The notes under the pieces were generated by a model. The model saw only the letters and a list, made by a program, of their open reading frames with translations, was not told the origin of the DNA and did not search any database. A stretch of DNA of 64,000 nucleotides from Acidobacteriota bacterium (lineage in GTDB: Bacteria; Acidobacteriota; UBA6911; RPQK01; JACQSY01), in the NCBI GenBank assembly GCA_016211085.1, contig JACQSY010000128.1, positions 1,863 through 65,862 of the forward strand, read 5' to 3'. The stretch's first letter is position 1. Each line of letters begins with the position of its first letter. Of this stretch, positions 6,798-16,113 are shown one piece after another. The position numbers and the translations under genes were made by a program.

Positions 6798-8441
6798 GTG
6801 CATTGCACAGATGCTCGAGAGTTTGTCGCTAGACTCCCCGATGAATCCATAGACTTCGTTATGACCTCTCCACCCTACTGGGGGCTGCGCGATTACGGCA
6901 CAAATCCGCAGATATGGGGCGGCGAGCCGGATTGCCAGCACCAATGGCACCACTTCATCAAACCCGCATCCAACGGCATAGTTGAAGGAGCAATAACAGG
7001 TCCGACACTGTCTCCGCATGCCGGAACGTGGCGGCCCCATATGTCTCAAATTTGTTCTCTTTGCAACGCTTGGCGCGGGGAGCTTGGACTGGAACCCGAC
7101 TTCTGCCTGTACATTGAGCATCTCTGTGCGGTTTTCGATGGGATAAAGCGTGTTGTGAAGTCGACCGCCAGTGTGTGGGTAAATCTCGGGGACACCTATT
7201 GGTCTGCAAAGGGATCCTGTTTCAACCCCGGCGGCGGCCAGCATTCTCTGGAAACATCAAGGCGTGAGGTGTACCCGCTGCATCGGGGCAACAAAACCGA
7301 CATCCCATGGCTTCGCCCAAAGTCCCTTTGTCAGATTCCGAATCGCTTTGCCATCGCTATGACTGATCGTGGTTGGATTTTGCGCAACGATATCATCTGG
7401 TGCAAACCAAACGGAATGCCCTCCAGCGTAAAAGACCGGCTGACCAATAAGTACGAGCACATCTTTCACTTTGTCAAATCAAGGCACTACTATTACGACC
7501 TCGATCCAATCCGCGTCCCGCACACGTCCCTTCACCCGCAGGGACACTCGTGGCGCACCTTGGAGGGAAGGACGATGCACACACAAAGGCATCTGCTGGG
7601 CCTGAGGAAAGCCGGCGCCGGCTACATCGGTCACGCATCGGGCAAGAACCCCGGCGATGTCATGCAGATTGGCGCTGATGTAGCTACAACTGCGCCGCGT
7701 TCTCGTGGCCTTTGCGCAATGGAGTTCCATGGCGAGCCCGACGATTCGCTCGATTTCTGGAAGCGTGAGGTGCTTGAGAGCTTCCGATGCATAGGGAAGG
7801 CGACAGGGAGAAGATTCCGGGGCAAACACAACCAACTCTCCAAGAATTCCTTCAGGACGGCTCTAAACAGCGGCCAAGCAAGAACCGCCGTAAACGCGAT
7901 CATTGATGGTTTGGACATTCCGGCGGGAGTGAAGCGAGAACTCAAGAGATGGTGGCATGACCACAGCGGTCACGTTCAGGGAACCAACCCCGGCGACCTG
8001 TGGAAGGTCGCGACCAGGCCATTTCCCGAGGCGCACTTTGCCGTCTATCCAGAGACGCTATGCGAGCTGCCAATCAAAGCAACCTGCCCGCCGGCGGTCT
8101 GCTCAGAATGTGGCAAACCAAGACAGCGGATCATTGAAAAATCTGGGTACTCAGGGCGAAGCAGAAAAGACAATGGCCATCGCCGTCACGTACCCGGATT
8201 CAAGGAGCGGGAGAACCGATCACAATGGGGCGAGAAACCCGTTCATGTAACAACAGGCTGGACATCCTGCCACTGCAATGCTGGCTTTCGGCCGGGTGTT
8301 GTCTTTGACCCGTTTGCAGGGGCAGGCACCACGTTGGTTGTCGCAAAGAAACTCGGCCGGCTCTATCTGGGCTGCGATTTGAAACCCGCTTACGTGAAGC
8401 TTGCCAACCGACGGTTGAGAGAAACACCATGCCGGGCATGA
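6798..8441 (+). CDS. DNA methyltransferase, beta-class N4-C/N6-A family, copy 2 (longer central region)
   Basis: DFVMTSPPYWGLRDY, PFPEAHFAVYP, CSECGKP and VFDPFAGAGTT. The 3' ~100 nt are about 85 percent identical to copy 1. The start is ambiguous (ACG at 6768, 6 nt after AGGTGA). Confidence 0.85.
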   Translation: MHCTDAREFVARLPDESIDFVMTSPPYWGLRDYGTNPQIWGGEPDCQHQWHHFIKPASNGIVEGAITGPTLSPHAGTWRPHMSQICSLCNAWRGELGLEPDFCLYIEHLCAVFDGIKRVVKSTASVWVNLGDTYWSAKGSCFNPGGGQHSLETSRREVYPLHRGNKTDIPWLRPKSLCQIPNRFAIAMTDRGWILRNDIIWCKPNGMPSSVKDRLTNKYEHIFHFVKSRHYYYDLDPIRVPHTSLHPQGHSWRTLEGRTMHTQRHLLGLRKAGAGYIGHASGKNPGDVMQIGADVATTAPRSRGLCAMEFHGEPDDSLDFWKREVLESFRCIGKATGRRFRGKHNQLSKNSFRTALNSGQARTAVNAIIDGLDIPAGVKRELKRWWHDHSGHVQGTNPGDLWKVATRPFPEAHFAVYPETLCELPIKATCPPAVCSECGKPRQRIIEKSGYSGRSRKDNGHRRHVPGFKERENRSQWGEKPVHVTTGWTSCHCNAGFRPGVVFDPFAGAGTTLVVAKKLGRLYLGCDLKPAYVKLANRRLRETPCRA

Positions 8442-8507
8442 GGCAAATACGGACATCCCGAGATCAGCTCAACGCATGCTTTGCAATGGATTCGGAAGAG
8501 CCATTAA

Positions 8508-9095
8508 ATCAGGCCACGCCAACTTTCCTACATGGCTTCGCACTCAACCGAGTTCGGCGACTGGTATTTTCTTGAACAGGAGTTCGAGCAGATGTACTAT
8601 CGGAATCAAGCAGCTTTCGCCATGGTGGCGGGAGTCAACTAAAACAGTCTCCAGGAAACCCGGGGCGGTTCAATGCTCGAATGGGAAACGAAGGAGAGCG
8701 AAACACTTCTCAACGTTGGAAAACTAGCCAAGCCGTTCAGCTACGAGCTGCGGATTGCCGAAGGGCAGGAGACAAAGAAGAGAGTGGTCGAGATCCCGGA
8801 AACATTTAACTACCTGCTTGGCCTGCATGTCAAAACCCGTCGCGTTTATTACGACAAAGACAGAAGGTATGTTGTCTATCGTGGGCGTCTCGACCACCAA
8901 GAAGTCGTGATCATCTGGCGGGATACTGACGGGTGGACGAAACAGGATCTGGAGCGGGATAAGAAATTCATCTCCGATCAGGGACTTACGCAAGACGCCG
9001 AGGAAATATTTGTTAATGGCGACAGCTTCATTCCCAAGGCCAAGGCGTTGGAACCGATTTTCAAGAGCAGGATGTTCTCCACAGTGGAGGTTTAG
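8508..9095 (+). pseudogene. C-terminal fragment of a type III-like Mod methyltransferase (in-frame TAA at 8640; intact 140-codon ORF 8673-9095)
   Basis: MLEWETKESETLLNVGKLAKPFSYELRI...VVEIPETFNYLLGLHV...VVIIWRD matches, from memory, the conserved C-terminal region of large Mod-type methylases that precede Res helicases. No catalytic motifs lie upstream. The same frame is open from 8508 but is interrupted by a stop. Confidence 0.45.
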
Positions 9096-9098
9096 CAG

Positions 9099-12000
9099 AT
9101 GGCACAGGCGCGCTCAAGGACAGGAGAGTATCGGAAGTTAGAGCAACGGCTTGTTCTGCTGGCTTGGCTCAATAGTCTCTTCGGTTATGAGAGCAATCGA
9201 GACCTTTTAACAGATATGAAGGATGTCGCAGAGGGCTTCGACTCGTCCGGGCGGAGCTACATCTTCCACCAGATTGAAGCCCTGGGAGACAGAGTACGGA
9301 TTCCCCTGCAGGACCTGGCAAGGTACGACGACAATATCCGGGAGCATCTGCAAATGCTGAACGCCCGCCGGCCAGAGCCCATAACTCTCCGTTATTTCCA
9401 GTACCTGGCTGTGCTCTACTCGGAGATATTTCTGGACTGGTACTTCCAGCGACGGGCCGGGATGCTTCGGGCCCTGAACGAATTCGTGGAGAAGCGAAAC
9501 GCCGGGAAGTCGGCTAGCGAGCCGAAAGACCCGAAGTTCTCTGAACAAGAGCTAATGAAACTTGCGTTCTGGATGGCAACAGGCAGTGGCAAGACGCTCA
9601 TCATGCACATCAATTACCGTCAGTTCTTGCACTACAACGACAGGCCCTTGGACAACATCCTCTTAATTACACCAAATGAGGGCCTCACCGAGCAGCACAT
9701 GGCTGAGATGACAGATTCCAGCATTCCTTGTCAGCGTTTCGAGCTGAACGAAAGTGGTTTGGGTCTCCGCGAGGAAAATACAGTCCGCCTGATCGAAATC
9801 ACGAAGCTGGTCGAGGAGAAACGCGGCGGGGGCTTGAGCGTTCCGGTGGAAGCGTTTGAAGGCAACAACCTGATCTTCGTCGACGAAGGGCACAAGGGCT
9901 CTGGCGGGGAGGTATGGCGAAAGTTTCGCGACGCACTGGGCAGGACCGGCTTTACTTTCGAGTACAGCGCGACTTTCGGTCAGGCCCTTACCGCGGCCAG
10001 AAGGGATGAGCTTACCGCCGAGTATGGGAAGGCCATCGCTTTTGACTACTCTTACCGGTACTTCCATGGAGACGGCTACGGGAAGGATTTTCACATTCTC
10101 AATCTGAAGGAGGAGACGATAGAGGAAAAGATCGAAACGCTTCTTCTCGGAAATCTCCTGTCTTTCTATCAACAACAGCGGTGCTTTCAAGAACAGTCAG
10201 ACGATCTGAGGCCGTACCACCTGGAAAAGCCCCTATGGGTTTTCGTAGGGAGCAGCGTGAATGCCGTATACACTGAAAAGAAGCGTAAACGATCCGATGT
10301 CTTAACTGTGGCGCGTTTCCTTCACCACTTTCTTGAGAATAGGCGCGGCTGGGCTGTCAAGACTATCCAAAAGCTCATTGATGGTAAGAGCGGCCTCACC
10401 ACTCCCGACGGCGAGGACATCTTCACAGGGAAATTCGGCTACTTACAGGCAACGAAGCTGAACACTGAAAGTATCTACCGTGAGGTTCTTTCGGAAGTAT
10501 TCCATGCCGCTGCTAGCAGCGCCCTGCACATGTGCGACATACGCGGCTGCCCAGGCGAACTGGGTTTGAAGGCCAGCGGCACAGACAGTTACTTCGGACT
10601 AATCTATATCGGTGACACCAGCAGCTTTAAGAAGCTCGTGGAACAGGATGACTCCGGCATCGTCTTGGAAGACGACGCCATTTCGGATTCCTTGTTTGAG
10701 GAAATAAATAACCCGGACAGCCGTATACAACTCCTTGTCGGTGCCAAGAAGTTCATGGAGGGTTGGAACAGCTGGCGGGTCTCAAATATGGGACTTCTGA
10801 ACATCGGAAGAAAGGAAGGCTCCGAGATTATTCAGCTCTTCGGTCGGGGAGTAAGGCTGCGGGGCATGGACTTTACACTCAAGCGCAGCTCTGCAATTGA
10901 TGCGAAGCACCCCGAGCACATCCGTCTGTTGGAGACATTGAACATCTTTGCCGTTCGAGCGAATTACATGAGCCAGTTCCGGGAGTACCTGGAAAAGGAA
11001 GGTGTCGAAACAGAAGGAGCCGTCGAGCTGGCTTTAGCGATAAAGCCGAATCGGGACTTCTTGGATGGGGGCCTAATCGTGCCGAGGGTGCCGGAGGAGG
11101 AGAGCTTTGCAGCAAAGGCGCACGTCTTGTTGGAGCCAGAGCAAGAAGTAAATGTTCGCGTGGACATATCTCTTAAGATTCAGGCACTGGAAAGCGGTAC
11201 AGAGGGGATTACGGCTGTGGCTGCACGAGGCGGGCGTGAGAGGCCGATACCTCCCGAAAGCCTTCAGCTTGTCGACTGGGAAAAGATCTACCTCGATCTC
11301 TTGGAGTATAAAGAGCAAAAAGGCTTTTTTAACTTGGCTATCCGGCCGGATATTCCAAAGAAGGTTCTCTCTGCAACCGAGCCAGCTAGGCTGTATCAGC
11401 TTGTGGCGGATGAAGCCGTAACCAGGCCAACTTCCTTTGCGCAAGCCTCGCTGCTCCAAGAAGCCGTGCTTTCCATAATGCGCAAGTACGTGGACAAATT
11501 CTACCGGGTGCGCCAGGAGCGATGGGAATCCGAACATATGGACTATAAAGTCCTCGAAGACGGCGACCCGAACCTGCAAGACTATTCGGTCAAGATAGCA
11601 CGCTCAGAGGCCGCGCTTATAGGGGCAGTTCAGAAACTCATTAAGGAAGGTGCGCGGATATACAAGGAAGAGACGCGTGATCTACCCAGCATTCACTTCG
11701 ACCGTCATCTGTACCAGCCTTTGCTTGTCGAACGCGGTGACAGAGTTAAGAGCAAACCCCGCGGTCTTAACTCCGGCGAACAGCAGTTTGTCAAGGACAT
11801 GCGAGAATACTTCCGAGCCGAGAAAGACAAGTCGCTAGCCAAGAAGGAGGTATTTCTTCTTCGGAACCTAAGTCGTGGGAGAGGTATTGGTTTCTTTCAG
11901 ACAAGAGGCTTCTACCCCGATTTTATCTTGTGGATCAAGGACGCCAAGAAACAACGGATCGTTTTCGTGGAACCACACGGCATGCTGCATGCTGAGGCTT

Positions 12001-12290
12001 ACAAGCATGACGAGAAGGCAAAGCTGCACGAATCCTTGCCAAAGCTCGCCAAGGAAGTGGGCGCAAGAACCGGTCTGAAGAGTGTGATCCTTGACTCGTT
12101 CATTGTTTCGGCCACGCCTTTCGAGGCTCTTCGGAAGAAGTATGATGACGGAACGTGGGATAAGAAACGGTTCGCCGAGGCGCATATCCTCTTTCCCGAA
12201 CGGAACGGAGAATATGATTACATGGCGAGAGTATTCGAGGACGGCCGAAGCAAGATAGCGGATTACAGTGAAAGACAGGCGTTAACCTGA
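9099..12290 (+). CDS. Type III restriction Res-like SF2 helicase with C-terminal PD-(D/E)xK-like nuclease region
   Basis: Motif I is WMATGSGKT, motif II is IFVDEGHKG, motif III is YSATF and motif VI-like is IQLFGRGVRLRG. The C-terminus reads GFYPDFILW...IVFVEPHG. The N-terminus reads ...LRYFQYLAVLYSEIFLDWYF. 1063 aa. Confidence 0.8.
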   Translation: MAQARSRTGEYRKLEQRLVLLAWLNSLFGYESNRDLLTDMKDVAEGFDSSGRSYIFHQIEALGDRVRIPLQDLARYDDNIREHLQMLNARRPEPITLRYFQYLAVLYSEIFLDWYFQRRAGMLRALNEFVEKRNAGKSASEPKDPKFSEQELMKLAFWMATGSGKTLIMHINYRQFLHYNDRPLDNILLITPNEGLTEQHMAEMTDSSIPCQRFELNESGLGLREENTVRLIEITKLVEEKRGGGLSVPVEAFEGNNLIFVDEGHKGSGGEVWRKFRDALGRTGFTFEYSATFGQALTAARRDELTAEYGKAIAFDYSYRYFHGDGYGKDFHILNLKEETIEEKIETLLLGNLLSFYQQQRCFQEQSDDLRPYHLEKPLWVFVGSSVNAVYTEKKRKRSDVLTVARFLHHFLENRRGWAVKTIQKLIDGKSGLTTPDGEDIFTGKFGYLQATKLNTESIYREVLSEVFHAAASSALHMCDIRGCPGELGLKASGTDSYFGLIYIGDTSSFKKLVEQDDSGIVLEDDAISDSLFEEINNPDSRIQLLVGAKKFMEGWNSWRVSNMGLLNIGRKEGSEIIQLFGRGVRLRGMDFTLKRSSAIDAKHPEHIRLLETLNIFAVRANYMSQFREYLEKEGVETEGAVELALAIKPNRDFLDGGLIVPRVPEEESFAAKAHVLLEPEQEVNVRVDISLKIQALESGTEGITAVAARGGRERPIPPESLQLVDWEKIYLDLLEYKEQKGFFNLAIRPDIPKKVLSATEPARLYQLVADEAVTRPTSFAQASLLQEAVLSIMRKYVDKFYRVRQERWESEHMDYKVLEDGDPNLQDYSVKIARSEAALIGAVQKLIKEGARIYKEETRDLPSIHFDRHLYQPLLVERGDRVKSKPRGLNSGEQQFVKDMREYFRAEKDKSLAKKEVFLLRNLSRGRGIGFFQTRGFYPDFILWIKDAKKQRIVFVEPHGMLHAEAYKHDEKAKLHESLPKLAKEVGARTGLKSVILDSFIVSATPFEALRKKYDDGTWDKKRFAEAHILFPERNGEYDYMARVFEDGRSKIADYSERQALT

Positions 12291-12301
12291 GTTGATCTGC
12301 T

Positions 12302-15300
12302 ATGAACGTGCAGCAGAAAAGCGTAATTGAGCGGTTACGGGAGGAGATTGAAAGATCGAAGGGGTCTCACATCTGGACAGATTACGTCAACGCCTTGAAT
12401 CTAGTAGCTCAGGTTGTCTTTACTAGAAGCACAGGTTTTATTCTGGAACTGATTCAAAATGCCGAGGATTCCGGTCGGGACGATTCCGGTAAGGAGCTAT
12501 CTTATCCAGGAGTGTTTGACATCAGCATTAGCCCGACTAGGGTGAAAATTACCCACAATGGGCGTCCCTTCAGCGCAGCTGACGCTAAAGCCATCAGCGG
12601 AATTAGGTCCTCAAAGAAACCCGAAAAAGGGACGCTGGGCTATCTTGGTATTGGGTTCAAATCAATATTCAAGGTTAGCGACAGCCCGGAGGTTTACTCT
12701 AATGGTTACCAATTCAAATTCGACCGGAATTACTGGCCAGAATCCAGCGGTACACCGTGGCAAGCGATGCCAATTTGGATTGATGAGCCGTCTGAAGCGG
12801 TCGAACCAGGCGGCACAACCTTCATCATCCCTTTTACAAAACAAACTTCTGCGTCGGCTGTCCTCGAGGAAGTAAAAGAACTGGGAACGGAGCTGTATCT
12901 ATTTCTCCGATGGCTTAAGAAGATCCAAATAACTGACGAACTTTCAGGCAAAACTTGGTCCCTGGAGAACCTAGGAGAGAGTTCGGATAATATCGTCACA
13001 CTCCGGCGCGATGGTCAGCAACAGAGATTTAGATTCTTTCGCCGAACCCTAACGACCGTGCCGGATTCAGTGAAATCAGATCGATTGACCCAGGAGTACA
13101 GGCGGAACGTGACTCAGAGAGAAATCGCAATCGCCTTCGCCTTAGACGGGGAGGGCGACCTAGCCCCATCAGAGGCTGGCGCAATGTATGGCGGAGTCTA
13201 TTCGTTCTTACCACTAGGCGAAGCAAGGAGCGGGGCAAAGTTTCCGATTCAGGCCGATTTTCTCGTGCAGCCAGGACGCGATGCCATCAATTATGAGGCT
13301 CCATGGAATCACTGGCTGACCGAGGAGGTAGCCAGCCTTTGCAAGGAAGCCATACAAGCTTTCAAGGAGCATCAAAGATGGAAGTATCAGATTTTGCCTG
13401 TTTTTGAGTTCAGGAAGTCAATCGGACTGGAGTCTTACGATAGGCTTTTTGGACCAAAACTCATCGAGCCTCTAGAGAGCTTCTTAAAAGAAGATCCCTG
13501 CATACCAACCCACGACGGTCATTGGGTGAAACCTGGCCATGCGGTGCGATTGGTGGAAGATCAGCGAGCGAGTGACGACCTTGTAACACTGTGCATTCTC
13601 TCGAAAGATCAAATTGCGCAAGTTCTCGGCCGTGATTCAAATTTGAAACTGGCGCACCCAGCCGTTCAAGACAGCAAATCAATAACAATCAGAGAAGTAA
13701 AGCGACACGATTTGTTGACGAACGAAAGTTTCTTGGAGGAAATGAGCAAAGCGCCGGACGCGCCCGGCTGGTTTAGGTCAGTTTATCTTTGGCTTCAGAA
13801 GCATCCTATTTATCGCGAGTATAGACGGCGAAAAGAAGTCATTGGCTATCACGAATTCCCATTCATCCTAACGGCCAAGAAAGAACTTTTGAAGGGCGGC
13901 ACAGTGTGGATTCCCGACCTTCCACCTGCCGATCCAATACTAAATGAATTAGCCGGGTCGCTCCAGGAAACTCGCTCGGTGCTACACCCAGAGATTCTGG
14001 GAGGCGGGAATGAACAGGAACAAAGAGAACTTCGAGGTTTTCTGACGGGGTTAACGGGAGTTCAACTTTTAGATCGAAAAACAGTTTGCAGAGACGCAAT
14101 ACTGCCGAGGATTTTGACTACCGCTCCAAAGCCAGCGCGAGAGCTGCTCCTGAAGTACACTCGATATTGCCAGCAGATTCTTGGAGCCGAACTAGGCTTG
14201 GAACCAGAACTTTGGGTTCTCACGAAATCAGGAGAAGTAGAACCCGCTACACGCGTTCTATTCTCTTTCGAGTATAAGCCCGAGCAAGATTGGGAAACCA
14301 ACAAGAAGTACGTTCCAGGTCTGAGTTTTCTAAGTCCAGAATACCTTTCGACTCTAAATGATGATGCACACCTGAAAACCTGGCGTCAATTTTTTAAGGT
14401 AGGTGGCCTGAAAACCGCTCCCGATAACGGCGTCGAGGACTTTGCCATGAACTATGCGGTCGAATGTTTGAGATCACACTGCCGCTCGGTTACTAGATTA
14501 GAGAAGAGAAATTTTGGCTATGACTTGGAAGCAGAAAAGACCGATGGCCAAAAAATGTATATCGAAGTCAAAGGACAAACTCTGGACCATGATGTCGAGC
14601 TTACAGGTAATGAGACTGAGGCAGCGGATAAATACAAAGATGAATTCTATGTATTCGTGATCTCCTCGATACCCGAAAATCCTTCGCCGTATATAATTCG
14701 CAATCCCGCCGCTCCGGGGGTAGGTAAAAAGGACAAGCTCACAATTCCGACTGAGACCTGGAAGTCAGGCAGGTGGAAGTTGGATACACGATCGCGGGCG
14801 AAGATCGGGATCTTGGCTTATGGCTCCTTGATCGATTCTCCTGGGCCGGAAATCTCCCGTGTTACAGTAAATAGAATAAAAGTCGAAACGCCTTTTAATG
14901 TCGAGTTTGCTCGTTCTAGTCAGACACGCAGTGGCGCACCTACGTTAGTCCCCGTCTCGGAAGGCGGTGCAAGGGTGAACGCGTTGATCCTGGTCTTAGA
15001 CGATAAGGTGTCCGAACAAGACGCCATAAACATGTTGTGGCGTAGGGAGAGCAGTAACGTTGGCAGTTCGCTCTCCTACCGCCCACAGATAGAGCCTACG
15101 GAGAATTCGATTATTATTGAAAACCTGAAGGACTTTAATGGAATCGAGACGGTGTTGTACACGAGGATTAGTGCGAACATCAATCCAAGAACGCCGGCGC
15201 AACTCGCGCAGCTAGCAATCCGGAGTGCACAGTCCGAGGCGGGAGCAAACGGGAAGGATGGTATAACCTATTTGCTGGCCGCGAAGGGGGCCGGAATTCT

Positions 15301-15397
15301 TACGCCCTTGATGACGGAGTATGAGGCACAAATTCTGAGCCGGACGGGGGCCCAAACGCTTGAGCAAGCATTAGAGAAGATTCGGCAAAGTACCTAA
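12302..15397 (+). CDS. GHKL-type ATPase / DUF3883-like nuclease / ChaC-GGCT-like C-terminal domain fusion protein
   Basis: The Bergerat N-box is ELIQNAEDS (about 12446) and the G-box is GYLGIGFKSIF. GYDLEAE...MYIEVKG...FYVFVI (14426-14707) resembles the DUF3883 restriction-endonuclease fold. IGILAYGSLIDSPGPE...MLWRRE (14801-) resembles ChaC/gamma-glutamylcyclotransferase. Confidence 0.7.
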   Translation: MNVQQKSVIERLREEIERSKGSHIWTDYVNALNLVAQVVFTRSTGFILELIQNAEDSGRDDSGKELSYPGVFDISISPTRVKITHNGRPFSAADAKAISGIRSSKKPEKGTLGYLGIGFKSIFKVSDSPEVYSNGYQFKFDRNYWPESSGTPWQAMPIWIDEPSEAVEPGGTTFIIPFTKQTSASAVLEEVKELGTELYLFLRWLKKIQITDELSGKTWSLENLGESSDNIVTLRRDGQQQRFRFFRRTLTTVPDSVKSDRLTQEYRRNVTQREIAIAFALDGEGDLAPSEAGAMYGGVYSFLPLGEARSGAKFPIQADFLVQPGRDAINYEAPWNHWLTEEVASLCKEAIQAFKEHQRWKYQILPVFEFRKSIGLESYDRLFGPKLIEPLESFLKEDPCIPTHDGHWVKPGHAVRLVEDQRASDDLVTLCILSKDQIAQVLGRDSNLKLAHPAVQDSKSITIREVKRHDLLTNESFLEEMSKAPDAPGWFRSVYLWLQKHPIYREYRRRKEVIGYHEFPFILTAKKELLKGGTVWIPDLPPADPILNELAGSLQETRSVLHPEILGGGNEQEQRELRGFLTGLTGVQLLDRKTVCRDAILPRILTTAPKPARELLLKYTRYCQQILGAELGLEPELWVLTKSGEVEPATRVLFSFEYKPEQDWETNKKYVPGLSFLSPEYLSTLNDDAHLKTWRQFFKVGGLKTAPDNGVEDFAMNYAVECLRSHCRSVTRLEKRNFGYDLEAEKTDGQKMYIEVKGQTLDHDVELTGNETEAADKYKDEFYVFVISSIPENPSPYIIRNPAAPGVGKKDKLTIPTETWKSGRWKLDTRSRAKIGILAYGSLIDSPGPEISRVTVNRIKVETPFNVEFARSSQTRSGAPTLVPVSEGGARVNALILVLDDKVSEQDAINMLWRRESSNVGSSLSYRPQIEPTENSIIIENLKDFNGIETVLYTRISANINPRTPAQLAQLAIRSAQSEAGANGKDGITYLLAAKGAGILTPLMTEYEAQILSRTGAQTLEQALEKIRQST

Positions 15398-15415
15398 GTC
15401 TGGTCAGGAGACCCG

Positions 15416-15450
15416 CATAACCCGCAAGCCTCCTCCGTTACCGATTTAAA
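15416..15450 (+). promoter_or_regulatory. Box CATAACCCGCAAG (with tandem ACCCGCA half-repeat), then N16, then TTTAAA, ahead of the small-ORF array
   Basis: ACCCGCA-TA-ACCCGCA lies at 15411-15426 and TTTAAA at 15445-15450. The first ORF of the array starts at 15742. Confidence 0.35.
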
Positions 15451-15741
15451 CCCAGCCGCCCTCTTTTAGAAATCAGACCCGCACCCTATGCTGACCGGCG
15501 CACAGTGACGGCCATGGACGCAATACGTCAGAGAAGAAACTACAAGGTCCCCCCAAGTCGCTCCTGGCCTTCCAGGCGGAGCCAAGCAACGAACAAGTCC
15601 TGTATAAAGTCCACGCCACGGTTGACAGGTAGCGGGTGTTCCACAGCGGGCTGAGAGCCAGCGCGAACTAGAGAATATCGGCCTGCTCATGGAAGATTCG
15701 AAGAGGGGATATCCCTGACCGGCAAAGACGATGATGACCTA

Positions 15742-16107
15742 ATGAAGGAGCTCTTCGGCGATGTCATCTACGAATACACCGACGAACAGGCCGTCGCTGA
15801 CGGCGTGCTGATTCCCTTTATCGTCAACGAAAAGGATACCCATCATCGCATCACGAGTAATGCCTATCACGAGCTCACAGAGCACTATGAACAACAGGGA
15901 TACGAGTACGACGACGCACGGTATCTCGGCTTTTTCCTTCACGAACTGCTGCCCCTTGCGCCTGCGGCGGTGCGCGAATACCAGGCTGGCGGCATCCTGA
16001 AGACCGACTACGACTTCCGGGTAGTTAAGCGAGAGCAAGGAGAAATCTTGTGGTACCTGCCCAATGAAATCGGCGGGGTGACGATGATGAAGCCTGAGGA
16101 TTATTGA
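15742..16107 (+). CDS. Hypothetical protein (first gene of the small-ORF array)
   Basis: 121 aa, MKELFGDVIYEYTDEQAVADGVLIPF... It has an ATG start and is tightly followed by the next ORF. Confidence 0.55.
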   Translation: MKELFGDVIYEYTDEQAVADGVLIPFIVNEKDTHHRITSNAYHELTEHYEQQGYEYDDARYLGFFLHELLPLAPAAVREYQAGGILKTDYDFRVVKREQGEILWYLPNEIGGVTMMKPEDY

Positions 16108-16113
16108 GGTGTT

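Noticed and set aside
8640-8642. Possible stop-codon reassignment or readthrough, suggested by in-frame stops that split protein-like frames (TAA at 8640, TGA at 5312, TAA at 16521).
   Set aside because: TAA, TAG and TGA all terminate well-conserved genes here at the expected family lengths: TAG for Cdc6-like copies 1 and 2, TAA for MTase 1 and def, TGA for MTase 2 and fmt. Pseudogenisation or separate small ORFs is the simpler explanation.
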